From positions 1 through 64,000 of the IMG/VR virus record IMGVR_UViG_3300049044_000033: a stretch of 64,000 nucleotides of DNA, one strand, 5' to 3'. The notes under the pieces were generated by a model. The model had not been told where the DNA came from. It saw only the letters and a list, made by a program, of their open reading frames with translations, and searched no databases. The DNA comes from a virus. Its lineage: Duplodnaviria > Heunggongvirae > Uroviricota > Caudoviricetes. Shown piece after piece: positions 47,176 through 56,719 of the stretch; within the stretch, counting starts at the first letter, position 1, and every line of letters starts with the position of its first letter. A program made the position numbers and the translations under genes.

Positions 47176-48504
47176 ATGGCAGTATTCAACTTTACCGTTC
47201 GAGCCACTGATAGTGAAGGCTCCTATAGTGATCGCCAGTTCAATATCACCGTTCGTAATTCTCGAGTAGAACGCTTTATGGTTGTTGACTCGGCTGATGC
47301 CTGGACTTCACCTGATGGAACCACTTGGACACAAAGAGTCGGCCAGGGCGGTATTACTTGCGCATATGGTAATGGCTTCTGGCTAATTCTTAAGAGCACC
47401 GCTAATATGACGTGCTTGAAGTCGACTGATGGTGTAAACTTTGCCCAAATAACTAACACCAGTATGACTTTTACTGATGTTGATACTAGCACTACCCTAT
47501 CTGGACCTACAGGTCTTGACGCAAGGGTCAAGTTAAAGTTCTGGAATGGAACATTTTATTATTTGACCTGCCTGGGAACTAATGGAACCTATGCTCTGTA
47601 TTCAACAGTTGATGGTATTAACTGGAAGAGGAAGGTTCTCTTCCAGGAGGTAAATAGTAACAACGGTGTTGCCTTCATTCCATCAACTTCTCAGAATAGA
47701 ATAGAATTATACGACGATAATGGAACATTATTTGTTCCATTCGCTGCAGGTTGTGTTACTACGGTTACTATGAATCCTGGATCTGGATTTGTAAATTGTA
47801 TGGGATGGTCCACGACTGATGGTGTGACCTTTACACCAATACAGAATGCCTCTCAAACATCAAAGCTAACTTCTAAAGGTGCAGGTATAATTACTCGAAT
47901 CAACGGGGTGTATTTGGCCTTCAATACAACCCACAATAATACAACAATGGTCGGATCTGTTTCTATAGGACTTTCTAGTAACGCAAATCCCTCCTATTCT
48001 ACATTATGGGCAAATTACCTATATTCGACTGATGGTTTGAATTGGACAATCGGTACTAATACAGCTTTAGCTACTAGCAATTCTAACCAATCTCAAGGCT
48101 TAGATTGTCCAATAAGTGTAAACGGTCAAATCTACATGTTGCCAGCGGCAGTCAGTCCAAACAGCGAAGGTACTGATACAGTAACACAGATATCCTATAT
48201 TCTCTCCACTACAGATCTTTTAACGTGGACTTCGACTGCTATGAAAAATGATATCGCTTGGAGCACCACTGGTTTGGGTTCTCCCCGATTTAGGAAAGTG
48301 ATATTTAAGAACGGTGTCCTGCTTTATGTTCCATCCTCAACATCTGGAGTTGATACTAACGCGGGCACTAACAGAGGGGTCAACGGCTTTAGAGTTTCTG
48401 TCGATGGAGGAACAACTTGGACGGTAGTAAACACTTTAGGTAATTACCCTGCTGCTAGTAGCAGTGGCAATGCTAAGATCTATAACGACGTAGCAGCAAT
48501 GTAA
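47176..48504 (+). CDS. Asp-box (BNR) beta-propeller putative adhesin A
   Basis: Repeated S(T/P)DGxxW; N-terminal FNFTVRATD Ig hairpin. Confidence 0.8.
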   Translation: MAVFNFTVRATDSEGSYSDRQFNITVRNSRVERFMVVDSADAWTSPDGTTWTQRVGQGGITCAYGNGFWLILKSTANMTCLKSTDGVNFAQITNTSMTFTDVDTSTTLSGPTGLDARVKLKFWNGTFYYLTCLGTNGTYALYSTVDGINWKRKVLFQEVNSNNGVAFIPSTSQNRIELYDDNGTLFVPFAAGCVTTVTMNPGSGFVNCMGWSTTDGVTFTPIQNASQTSKLTSKGAGIITRINGVYLAFNTTHNNTTMVGSVSIGLSSNANPSYSTLWANYLYSTDGLNWTIGTNTALATSNSNQSQGLDCPISVNGQIYMLPAAVSPNSEGTDTVTQISYILSTTDLLTWTSTAMKNDIAWSTTGLGSPRFRKVIFKNGVLLYVPSSTSGVDTNAGTNRGVNGFRVSVDGGTTWTVVNTLGNYPAASSSGNAKIYNDVAAM

Positions 48505-48530
48505 TCTTTATTCAAGGAGGCGTCTAACTA

Positions 48531-49676
48531 ATGGCTAAGATTTTATCAATTCGCTACACACTAGTGGATGGATCGCTTCCAAATGGTATGAAGCTGAATC
48601 CTGATACTGGTGTGATCTCAGGCAGTCCTGGTTTTGACGCATTGGGACAGGGTCCAGCTTGGCAGACTACTGCGGGAAGTCTTGGAACCTACAATGAGAC
48701 TGATGTAATCACCCCAGTAACATTTTCGGCAACCACTACTCACAGTCCTGTAGTCTTCAGTCTCGCAACATCAAATGATAAGTTGCCTTGGGGCTTAGTC
48801 CTCAACCCAACCACTGGAGTTCTTTCTGGAACCATTGCAGCATTGAAGTTGAGGGTTAAGGAAGAAGGGGTGACCTTCGACGGTCCTACTTGGAATACCT
48901 CTTTCGGTAAGTTGGCAGGATTTGATGAAGATGCCGTGGCTAGTATAAACTTGTCTGCAACACCTCTAGGTAGCCGAACCATTGCTCGCTATACTGTGGT
49001 CGAGGGTGCTCTTCCTTGGGGTTTAAAGCTCAACCCGGCTACTGGTGTTATCACTGGCAGTGTAGCTCGCCTTAAGAACCCAGGTGCTTATGTTGACGTT
49101 CCAAAGCTTCCTGTGCCAGTCTGGTCCACAGCTTCAGCTCTCGGAACTCTAAACGAATATGAAACCGCTAATTTCACTCTAGCAGCAACACCTGATACTG
49201 GTCGATCCATGGCTAAGTATATCATTCGAGAAGGCGCTCTTCCTTGGGGTCTAAAGCTCAATAGCGTAACTGGTGCTATTACGGGAACGGCAGCTGATAT
49301 CTTGAAAAGGAATGAACCTGTTTATTATGATTCTGCCAATAACCCAGTATTCAGTGATACTGTAGTGATAAATGGCAGCAATACAACGGTAACTAATAAT
49401 GGTAGTATTGGTTCCTATACTAAGGGAACTGCGGTCTCGGCTACATTCTCTGCTACCCCAGTATCTGGTCGAACTGTAAAGAACTATTGGATGACTGGTG
49501 AATTGCCTTGGGGCTTGAAGTTCAACCCGACTACTGGTGTAGTTTCAGGAACTATCGTCAATAACGCAAGGGTAGTGAGTAAGACTTACACCTTTAATAT
49601 TTTCGTCACCGACAAGGACGCACCAAGTTATTTGGTAAATAGTTCAAGTCGAACCTTCACAATAACTGTTCAGTAA
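48531..49676 (+). CDS. He_PIG repeat scaffold protein B
   Basis: Colinear paralog of 46015-47163. Confidence 0.85.
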   Translation: MAKILSIRYTLVDGSLPNGMKLNPDTGVISGSPGFDALGQGPAWQTTAGSLGTYNETDVITPVTFSATTTHSPVVFSLATSNDKLPWGLVLNPTTGVLSGTIAALKLRVKEEGVTFDGPTWNTSFGKLAGFDEDAVASINLSATPLGSRTIARYTVVEGALPWGLKLNPATGVITGSVARLKNPGAYVDVPKLPVPVWSTASALGTLNEYETANFTLAATPDTGRSMAKYIIREGALPWGLKLNSVTGAITGTAADILKRNEPVYYDSANNPVFSDTVVINGSNTTVTNNGSIGSYTKGTAVSATFSATPVSGRTVKNYWMTGELPWGLKFNPTTGVVSGTIVNNARVVSKTYTFNIFVTDKDAPSYLVNSSSRTFTITVQ

Positions 49677-49688
49677 GAGGTAAAAACA

Positions 49689-50909
49689 ATGGCAGTATTT
49701 AATTTTACAGTAAGGGCGACTGACAGCGAAGGTTCTTATGCCGACCGTCAGTTCAATATCACTGTTCGTAACTCGCGCGTCGAGCGTTTCATGGCAGTCA
49801 CCTCTACCGATGCGTGGACTTCACCCGATGGTACTACTTGGACACAAAGAAACGGCCAGAGTGGATTTACTTGTGCGTATGGTAATGGTTTCTGGCTAAT
49901 CCTTAAATCTCAAGCGACTGGAACATCGGCTCTAAAGTCAACTGATGGTATTAACTATTCGGCCATTTTACCGGCAAACCAGACGTTTGTTGACGAAACT
50001 GGCACTGCAATCACCGGTCTTACCAATGGTCCAATCTTTACTGCGTTGTCACTTGCCCGTCTGCGTTTTTGGAATGGACGATTCTGGATTGTCACAACAA
50101 ATGGTAGTAATCAGTCTGGTACTTCTGCCACTATGTTTTATGACTTATGGTCCACTGCTGATGGTATCACTTGGAGAAGAAATAGACTTCTCACACTCTC
50201 ATCTGGTGCTTTAAATACTCCTCCTGTTCCATATTTGGTAACAATGTATGAAGACAATGGAACATTCTTTATTCCATTCTCCTGTAGTTATAACACTCCT
50301 GTTCCTGCAGCTGGAAATAACTGGTGCTATGGTTGGTCAACTACGGATGGTACAACCTTTACTCAGATCCGAGATACTACAGTAACGTCTTCAACTTCGT
50401 CGACCTTTTACGGAGCATCTATTCTTAACCGAATTAACGGTGTCTATTTCGTTATGCCTACCACTACTGGAGGCTCAACTAACTGGACACAGACAACATT
50501 TAGGTATTCAACTGATGGTCTGAACTGGACTACATCGACATTCAATGCTAATGCTGGAACCAACGCTCCATTGAATTTTGTTTATGCAAATGGCCAAGTT
50601 TATTCATTCACACAAAAACAATCATCAGGTGTTGGTTCTACTGCAAATTACTTTACGTCGTCGGACGGCGTGACCTGGAATATGACTGAATTCAAATCAT
50701 TTAATACCACTGCTGGTGTTATCCACCACTCGGTTTATAAGAACGGTGTGTTCTTAATGGCAGGGTCTGTTGCTACTGGCACAGACACTAACAACTCTAC
50801 GTTGTCTGTTCCTAATAATGGTTTGCGTGTCTCCGTTGATGGTTCGACTTGGACAAGCGTTAATGTTGGTTCTGGAACTATCAACTATGCAGACGTTGCT
50901 GCAATGTAA
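49689..50909 (+). CDS. Asp-box (BNR) beta-propeller putative adhesin B
   Basis: First ~70 aa nearly identical to 47176-48504, then divergent; both end DVAAM. Confidence 0.8.
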   Translation: MAVFNFTVRATDSEGSYADRQFNITVRNSRVERFMAVTSTDAWTSPDGTTWTQRNGQSGFTCAYGNGFWLILKSQATGTSALKSTDGINYSAILPANQTFVDETGTAITGLTNGPIFTALSLARLRFWNGRFWIVTTNGSNQSGTSATMFYDLWSTADGITWRRNRLLTLSSGALNTPPVPYLVTMYEDNGTFFIPFSCSYNTPVPAAGNNWCYGWSTTDGTTFTQIRDTTVTSSTSSTFYGASILNRINGVYFVMPTTTGGSTNWTQTTFRYSTDGLNWTTSTFNANAGTNAPLNFVYANGQVYSFTQKQSSGVGSTANYFTSSDGVTWNMTEFKSFNTTAGVIHHSVYKNGVFLMAGSVATGTDTNNSTLSVPNNGLRVSVDGSTWTSVNVGSGTINYADVAAM

Positions 50910-50919
50910 TTGATATGAT

Positions 50920-50946
50920 TATGGCCCGGACAATGTCCGGGCCATA
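50920..50946. terminator. Hairpin between convergent operons
   Basis: TATGGCCCGGACA-A-TGTCCGGGCCATA perfect inverted repeat. Confidence 0.7.
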
Positions 50947-51016
50947 TGGTTCCCTAAGTGGTTTTCTTAGAGCTAAATCAAACCCTCAGCAGCCCTGACA
51001 CCCTAGTGTCCCTACC

Positions 51017-51655
51017 TTACGCTGCTGGCTCCCTACGGGCTTCTTCCAATTCGCTAATGAGAACAATCCGCTCAGTAGACGAGAAGTCTGAGTTAGAGAG
51101 CTTAAACATCATCGCATCATTGGCGTTAAGGAAGAAGAACGATGCGTTCCAATCAGTGTTGGCCCGGTAATCACCTTCCCTACCCTCAAAATATTCCTGA
51201 CACCATAGATTCATCTTGTTGATGTGGGAGGAATCATACTGACCTCTTTGGGTCTTGAGCTTGGCTCGAACCGCAAAGCGGTATTTGTCATAGAAGAGTT
51301 TCTTCCTCGTGATGACCTTTTCCTTCTCCAACATCTCAGAATGTTGGCTATCGAGCGGCTTCTCATACTCAACGAGGTATTGCTCGCCTATCGTCGACTT
51401 TATGTGATCAAAGATCTCGGGATCAGAAAAGAATAAGGTATAATAGGTACGCTCGGCCGCCCAACGGTTAACCACCCACGCCCATTTGTCGCTCTCTGTG
51501 CCTCTGTAATCTGCCTTGTTGAACTTCTGAGCCAATACCCATTTGATCACATCAGGAGTGGGCTTCTTATCATCGTCCTTGGTAGATTGACAGTCTACTA
51601 CCAAGCGGTGATTGAACTTCTTGTAATAGATCTTACGGGTGACCAGTTCTTTCAT
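51017..51655 (-). CDS. FKLxWGG-related protein, two domains
   Basis: Repeated (R)K.(Y/F)Y.K(F/Y)..R; IKWV / NLWC; FFFLNANDAMMFKLS. Confidence 0.72.
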   Translation of the reverse strand: MKELVTRKIYYKKFNHRLVVDCQSTKDDDKKPTPDVIKWVLAQKFNKADYRGTESDKWAWVVNRWAAERTYYTLFFSDPEIFDHIKSTIGEQYLVEYEKPLDSQHSEMLEKEKVITRKKLFYDKYRFAVRAKLKTQRGQYDSSHINKMNLWCQEYFEGREGDYRANTDWNASFFFLNANDAMMFKLSNSDFSSTERIVLISELEEARREPAA

Positions 51656-51663
51656 TAACCCTC

Positions 51664-51930
51664 CTAGCAACTCAGCTTGATTGTCATTGCGTCTCGATCT
51701 GTTTTTGCGACGACAATCACCTGCAGCATGGAGGTGGTTACTTGATTTCCCTTTGTCTCGTAGGTTGGATACCAGACTACCTTGCCCTCAAACGACATGG
51801 AATCAAACCAAGCTTTGAAGGAGTCTAGGTCTTCGCCTTCCTCAAAATAGATGTAGAAGGTATGACCCGGCTGATCCTTAAGCCTTGGGTGATGATGACT
51901 CACAGGAGAGAAATGGAGGAAAATCTTCAT
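51664..51930 (-). CDS. FKLxWGG-related small protein
   Basis: KAWF; AKTDRDAMTIKLSC. Confidence 0.7.
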   Translation of the reverse strand: MKIFLHFSPVSHHHPRLKDQPGHTFYIYFEEGEDLDSFKAWFDSMSFEGKVVWYPTYETKGNQVTTSMLQVIVVAKTDRDAMTIKLSC

Positions 51931-51965
51931 GCGCCCACCATAATGGCAGGGCAGTCATGTTGTCA

Positions 51966-52205
51966 TTATTCGTGCGACAACCTACAGCGCATCGCGTCTT
52001 TTTTGTTGAGGAAATGATAAGAATTGGTCAGAGTGGTTTCATTCAAGAGGGCAGCGGCACCTACATTATAGGTTAGGTGTTCTAAATTATCTTTACACCA
52101 AACTACCACATTGGTAAGTTCTACCACACTCCCGTGATAGACGAGCACAAATGGCAAGGGATAGCTAGGATTGCCCGTAAAGTCGTGGAAATACTTGAGC
52201 TTCAC
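51966..52205 (-). CDS. FKLxWGG-related small protein
   Basis: VVWC; YHFLNKKDAMRCRLS. Confidence 0.72.
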   Translation of the reverse strand: MKLKYFHDFTGNPSYPLPFVLVYHGSVVELTNVVVWCKDNLEHLTYNVGAAALLNETTLTNSYHFLNKKDAMRCRLSHE

Positions 52206-52471
52206 AACATCACCAACTTGAAGCGCATCGCATCATTCTTGGACTTGAATCCAAACTTCTGAACCATCAAAGCGGTTCCATTCTTAATGGCTTTAATTTT
52301 GCTGCTGAATGTACCGTCGCCTGGGATTATCTCAGGATATTCAGCTTTGTTATAGATTACAAACATGGTTTTATTCTGATCTACCCACCGACAGCACTGG
52401 CCAAGTTCAGTCTCAGTGCCTTCGACGTAGAACCAAGTCAAGTCGGTTTGGATGGTGTTTGTGATCTTCAT
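52202..52471 (-). CDS. FKLxWGG-related small protein
   Basis: CRWV; FGFKSKNDAMRFKLV. Confidence 0.75.
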   Translation of the reverse strand: MKITNTIQTDLTWFYVEGTETELGQCCRWVDQNKTMFVIYNKAEYPEIIPGDGTFSSKIKAIKNGTALMVQKFGFKSKNDAMRFKLVML

Positions 52472-52719
52472 TCCACACTCAACTTAAACATGAGGGCATC
52501 CTGTTTATTGGAGAAGGTCAAGACGCAATAGTGAAGATCTCCGGTATTCTCTCCCAAGTCCCAACAGATGGGTCCCGGAGTCATACCTGTGGGAAAGCGA
52601 TCTCGCGCTTGGGAGACGATCATTCGAATAACAGAAGGAACACCTGATACCCACACGGAAGTCTGACCCTTATCAGGCCAGTCCTCCTTTGCTTTGAGGT
52701 GGTAATCTGCTAGTCGCAA
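52468..52719 (-). CDS. FKLxWGG-related small protein
   Basis: LTFSNKQDALMFKLS. Confidence 0.72.
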   Translation of the reverse strand: MRLADYHLKAKEDWPDKGQTSVWVSGVPSVIRMIVSQARDRFPTGMTPGPICWDLGENTGDLHYCVLTFSNKQDALMFKLSVE

Positions 52720-53021
52720 CCGCCGCCTCCACTATCTCCCCCGCTGCTTCCTCCATCACTAGAAGAACTCGAGTCACACGAGGAACTAGAATCGTAAGAG
52801 GAACTTGAATCAAATATCGAGGAATACCCTGAATCATAAGAAGGCGTCCAGCTGTCATTGCTGCGACTGTGGGAATAGCTTGAACGTTGTGAAACCCTCA
52901 GGGTATCGTTCATCACAATCTGTCGTGCCTTGGCACGATCCTCAGGTGAATGAACGGACTTCCTAGTCTCTTGGACTACGGGCTTGGACTTGCTAAAAAG
53001 GCGTTTAATCAGTTTAATCAT
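52710..53021 (-). CDS. Hypothetical protein with Ser/Asp/Gly-rich tail
   Basis: Ends SSSYDSSSSCDSSSSSDGGSSGGDSGGGGCD. Confidence 0.65.
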   Translation of the reverse strand: MIKLIKRLFSKSKPVVQETRKSVHSPEDRAKARQIVMNDTLRVSQRSSYSHSRSNDSWTPSYDSGYSSIFDSSSSYDSSSSCDSSSSSDGGSSGGDSGGGGCD

Positions 53022-53026
53022 ACCTA

Positions 53027-53055
53027 ATGCTAAAACGCCTTTTGCCCGATGTCAA
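53027..53055 (-). promoter_or_regulatory. Sigma70-type promoter, near-leaderless
   Basis: TTGACA-N17-TAGCAT-N5-ATG(53021). Confidence 0.65.
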
Positions 53056-53062
53056 CAAAAGG

Positions 53063-53461
53063 TTAGATCGAGTGGGGCAGTTCGTGGGTATAGATCACGA
53101 TACCTTCGCCGTAGGGCTCACCATCTTCCAAGATCTTAAACTTTGCGTGGGGCAAAGTTGTCTTGACAGTGAAGCCATCTTCGAAGTCAGTTTCGATGAA
53201 TGGAAGGTGCTTTGCGAGCTTGGCAAAATAGGGACAGTCTTGTCCCTCATGACAATCACTCTCAGGGATTCCAGTCTTAGTCAGACGAATTACCCCGTGA
53301 CCAGTCTCGTCACTGAAGGCTCCACGGAATTCAGTCAGATCATCCGAGTAACCAAAGATGGCGAGCAAGTTATTCTCTTTGAGAACCTTCTCAAAACCCT
53401 CCGGTAATTCGTCGCCATACTCGCGACCATTCAGTTCCTTAGCAGCTTCCTGAATAGTCAT
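53063..53461 (-). CDS. Conserved phage hypothetical protein
   Basis: MTIQEAAKELNGREYG...GYSDDLTEFRGA; likely start 53461. Confidence 0.7.
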   Translation of the reverse strand: MTIQEAAKELNGREYGDELPEGFEKVLKENNLLAIFGYSDDLTEFRGAFSDETGHGVIRLTKTGIPESDCHEGQDCPYFAKLAKHLPFIETDFEDGFTVKTTLPHAKFKILEDGEPYGEGIVIYTHELPHSI

Positions 53462-53546
53462 ACCAATTTCAATCATACATAATCCCTTAATGTCGAGAAC
53501 CCGCAAGGCACGCTCTCGAATATTTGCTTTCAGTTCTGCTGCCGTC

Positions 53547-53834
53547 TTAGACATTGAACATGAGTGCGAGCACACTCTGAGGCACAAAGTCCATAACCTT
53601 GAAGCCTGCGTTCTGACTCAACCAGATTGGCCATATCAATGAGATAAAGGCCATGCCGAACCAAGTTGTGGCCGAAAGCATGAACTTAAACGGCAAAGCG
53701 AGACCGAAGAAGCCAGTTGCCAAGTAGGAGAGTCCTGCGAGTTTAAACTGCTTAGTCACTAAGCCGAAGATCAAGAAGATCACTGCCAATACTGCGAGTG
53801 ACCAGCAGAGAATTAGGGTTGACCAAGTGAGCAT
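53547..53834 (-). CDS. Membrane protein
   Basis: Three hydrophobic segments. Confidence 0.65.
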   Translation of the reverse strand: MLTWSTLILCWSLAVLAVIFLIFGLVTKQFKLAGLSYLATGFFGLALPFKFMLSATTWFGMAFISLIWPIWLSQNAGFKVMDFVPQSVLALMFNV

Positions 53835-54040
53835 TAGTCTCTTCCAAATAGGCTAGCAAAGAAGCCGCGGTTTTCTAAGCGATCCTGCTTCATACGCCGG
53901 TCGTCAGCATAACAGTTGCAGGTCTGTGTGTTGTGGCTTAGCCATCCCATGCAGGGTGCGACAGGCTGTCTAAGGGGAAAGCCCATCTCTCCTACGCGAG
54001 GCTTGGAGGTCTTCTGACCGGGATATTCGTAACCAGGCAT
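53834..54040 (-). CDS. Hypothetical protein
   Basis: TAATG-coupled start MPGYEY. Confidence 0.55.
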   Translation of the reverse strand: MPGYEYPGQKTSKPRVGEMGFPLRQPVAPCMGWLSHNTQTCNCYADDRRMKQDRLENRGFFASLFGRD

Positions 54041-54246
54041 TATACCTTCACCCCTTTCTTCTTCATTATTCGTCCATTTGGGCAGATACACAAAGCCCTT
54101 CCGCCACATTCAAAGCCAGCCGGTGTAAAGACTTTCCCAATTGTGTCAATTACACCAGTATTACCGCAAATCATACAGTGACCTTTTGGCGTAAATTCCT
54201 CTACCCAGAGATCAGCCATTTGATTTTTAGTAATAGGACGAGGCAT
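54040..54246 (-). CDS. Small Cys-rich (zinc-binding-like) protein
   Basis: CMIC...C....CIC. Confidence 0.65.
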   Translation of the reverse strand: MPRPITKNQMADLWVEEFTPKGHCMICGNTGVIDTIGKVFTPAGFECGGRALCICPNGRIMKKKGVKV

Positions 54247-54605
54247 TACTTTGACCTCGCAATAGTAGCGGCTTCATTGGGGTGCCAACCCGTTGATGGA
54301 TTGAAGTTTGAGAATGTGACTGGGGGACCACTGTTAATCCTCCATTCAGTATCATATAGACCATCCGAAACCCTACCGTTCGGTCTAAGAGCACAATTCC
54401 GGTCAACATGATTGCCGAATTTCACATAAGGATCGCCCCAAGCATCATATAGAACCTCCCGTGTCTTGTAGATCACAGGGGTCTCGAGACGACGAATATC
54501 TACAATCGTCGTCTCGCGCTTTGCTGGCTTTATTGGTGCTGCCTGAACCAGTACCAAAGATTGTTCCTTACTCGGAAACAAACTACGAAGAAACTTAAAC
54601 ATCAT
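54246..54605 (-). CDS. Hypothetical protein
   Basis: Coupled ORF in the minus-strand operon. Confidence 0.6.
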   Translation of the reverse strand: MMFKFLRSLFPSKEQSLVLVQAAPIKPAKRETTIVDIRRLETPVIYKTREVLYDAWGDPYVKFGNHVDRNCALRPNGRVSDGLYDTEWRINSGPPVTFSNFNPSTGWHPNEAATIARSK

Positions 54606-54611
54606 AATCCT

Positions 54612-56669
54612 TTACTTGGCAGGAAGCCAGCCCTTGCTCTTCAGCAGAGGTTCGACTTCCTCCCAGAGGTTCTGACTCGAGTAACTGAAGCCTGTCTCCG
54701 GGTCAACACCTGACTTCTTGTTGATCATCTGAATGTTTTCATCGTCATTCCAGTCGCCACCCAAGTCTTGGAAGAGTTCATCAAAGACTGCGCCTGGAAT
54801 ATCAATATTCTGGATGATCTCGAACTTGTCATTCAAGTAACCCATCTGGACGAGAATACCGGTAAACTCTACACGGTAGAACTTGTAACCAAGTCCAATG
54901 ATTCGAGCGTGACGGGGACGGAAACGATCCGACCACTGGATTGCACCCGGTCCATGCTGCTGAAAGTGATCCCAAACCGCACCACAGAACTCAGGCCATT
55001 CCTCGCCCGAATCGTAGTGGATCCAGAATGAATCAGCAGGGACCTCGTCTTCATCCTTAGCAACGGTTCCGGACGTCACTGGTGCGAAACTTCCACTACC
55101 AGTAATCGGACTCTTCATCATCGGCCGAGGTGCGTTAGCGGGCTTCGCAGGGGCAGGAACCTTGCTGGTTTGAATGCTCGGCGGAATTACCTGAACGGGC
55201 GGAGGAGCATACTCAGGGACCTCCAAGTCGTAAGGAGTGGGATAATTGCTCTCATCCTCGTTGACTACGAAGCCACCCTCTTCCTCATCAAAGTCATCAA
55301 ATTTGCTAGATGCAATCTTGTTGAGCTCTTCAGCAACCCGAACGTCATCCATGCCGAAGAAGTTGGGGAAAGCCAAGCCTGAGCCGTTGTCATAGTGCTC
55401 ATAAAGCAACCACAAGCCATGGCTACGTTCCAACTCAATTTCGCCGTCATGTTGGAGAATGTAGAACTCGTTGTTCCACTTATCCTTGATCTCGTCCCAG
55501 TCTTCCCAGCGAGTATTCTCTTGTTCCAGACCGAGGACGCCACGTTGACGAGCCTTTTCTAGTGCTTCCTGAACCTCTAGCAACTGACCAGAGAGCTCTG
55601 GATAGGCAGAGTTAGCCGCACCAGCAGGGATGGGATTGTGTTGATGCTGGACCTGCACCGTTTGAGGATTCGCAATAGCGTCCATGTTTGCTTTGTGCTG
55701 CTCACGCGTCACATCATAAACGTCGTAGGAATCTTGGAAGAGATCCTTGTAGGGTTTGTAGTCGACTTGGAAGCCTGCATTCAAGAGGAACTCATAGGCT
55801 TCTACCATCCCAAGACCATTAGTTTCGTAGCTCTGTTCCGAGGTTTCGAACCAATCATTAGGGAGGAGATGATGGACCAAAGGAGCGACACACTGGTCAA
55901 AAGCCGTATCGGCACAGAACGCAAGGAAGGGCGTGATCTGAACCAAGATGTCACCGTCGTCATCGACCACACAAGCGAGGAAGTCATTGGCCTTCGCTGA
56001 ACCATCATCCTTCAGACCAGTGTCGTAGTAGCCGCCGAGGGAATGTGACGGCGTAATGGGCGCCTGAGGGGCTGACTGAGCTATCTGAGGTGCTGCGTTC
56101 CAATTAGGATCAAGTGCAGGGAAGGGCGGCAAAGGATTGGAGGCGACCAACTGCGACTTTCCCGACGACATTTGAGTTGTGATTGACCGATTGAGGAAAT
56201 CAGTCAGTGACGGATCGTGGAGGAAACCATGCTTCTTCAGAAGAATGTGGGTAGACAGTTCATCGTAGCCATCGACCACGAAAGCATTCTCCATCACTTC
56301 GTCCAAGACGCCGTCTGGAATGAGGAAGATAGTTTCGATGAGATTGGCTTGATGCTGGTCATAAATGTGACCGCAGCGATTCCACCGATCAAGCGGTTCA
56401 AAGACGACGCTCAATCCTTCAGGATGAGGTCCAGTATCGTCATCAGCTTTGTGGTAACCATAAACCCACTGACCGATTTCGCAAACTTCTGCGTCCTCGT
56501 CATCGCCGATCGTCAAGACAGAGCGATTGAGTTTGGCGTTGTGAAACTCTCGGATATTCTGCCCGTCGAGTTTGAACTTCCTAACTCGCTTCCAGTCCTT
56601 CTCAGTGGACTGAACGTTGGTGCAATCGAAATAATGAACGATTGTCTCTTTGATTTCATCGCTTGCCAT
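54612..56669 (-). CDS. Large acidic multidomain hypothetical protein (685 aa)
   Basis: Asp/Glu-rich domains separated by Pro/Ala/Gln linkers; AAGGAG SD. Confidence 0.8.
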   Translation of the reverse strand: MASDEIKETIVHYFDCTNVQSTEKDWKRVRKFKLDGQNIREFHNAKLNRSVLTIGDDEDAEVCEIGQWVYGYHKADDDTGPHPEGLSVVFEPLDRWNRCGHIYDQHQANLIETIFLIPDGVLDEVMENAFVVDGYDELSTHILLKKHGFLHDPSLTDFLNRSITTQMSSGKSQLVASNPLPPFPALDPNWNAAPQIAQSAPQAPITPSHSLGGYYDTGLKDDGSAKANDFLACVVDDDGDILVQITPFLAFCADTAFDQCVAPLVHHLLPNDWFETSEQSYETNGLGMVEAYEFLLNAGFQVDYKPYKDLFQDSYDVYDVTREQHKANMDAIANPQTVQVQHQHNPIPAGAANSAYPELSGQLLEVQEALEKARQRGVLGLEQENTRWEDWDEIKDKWNNEFYILQHDGEIELERSHGLWLLYEHYDNGSGLAFPNFFGMDDVRVAEELNKIASSKFDDFDEEEGGFVVNEDESNYPTPYDLEVPEYAPPPVQVIPPSIQTSKVPAPAKPANAPRPMMKSPITGSGSFAPVTSGTVAKDEDEVPADSFWIHYDSGEEWPEFCGAVWDHFQQHGPGAIQWSDRFRPRHARIIGLGYKFYRVEFTGILVQMGYLNDKFEIIQNIDIPGAVFDELFQDLGGDWNDDENIQMINKKSGVDPETGFSYSSQNLWEEVEPLLKSKGWLPAK

Positions 56670-56719
56670 ATAGACTCCTTTGCTCGACCACTAACATGGT
56701 TTAACAAAAGAGCAAGAGC

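Noticed and set aside
46000-47200. Frameshift or sequencing error fusing the split Ig genes
   Set aside because: The same breakpoints recur in independent paralogs, each downstream gene has its own SD-like sequence and ATG, and the hairpin follows an already complete domain
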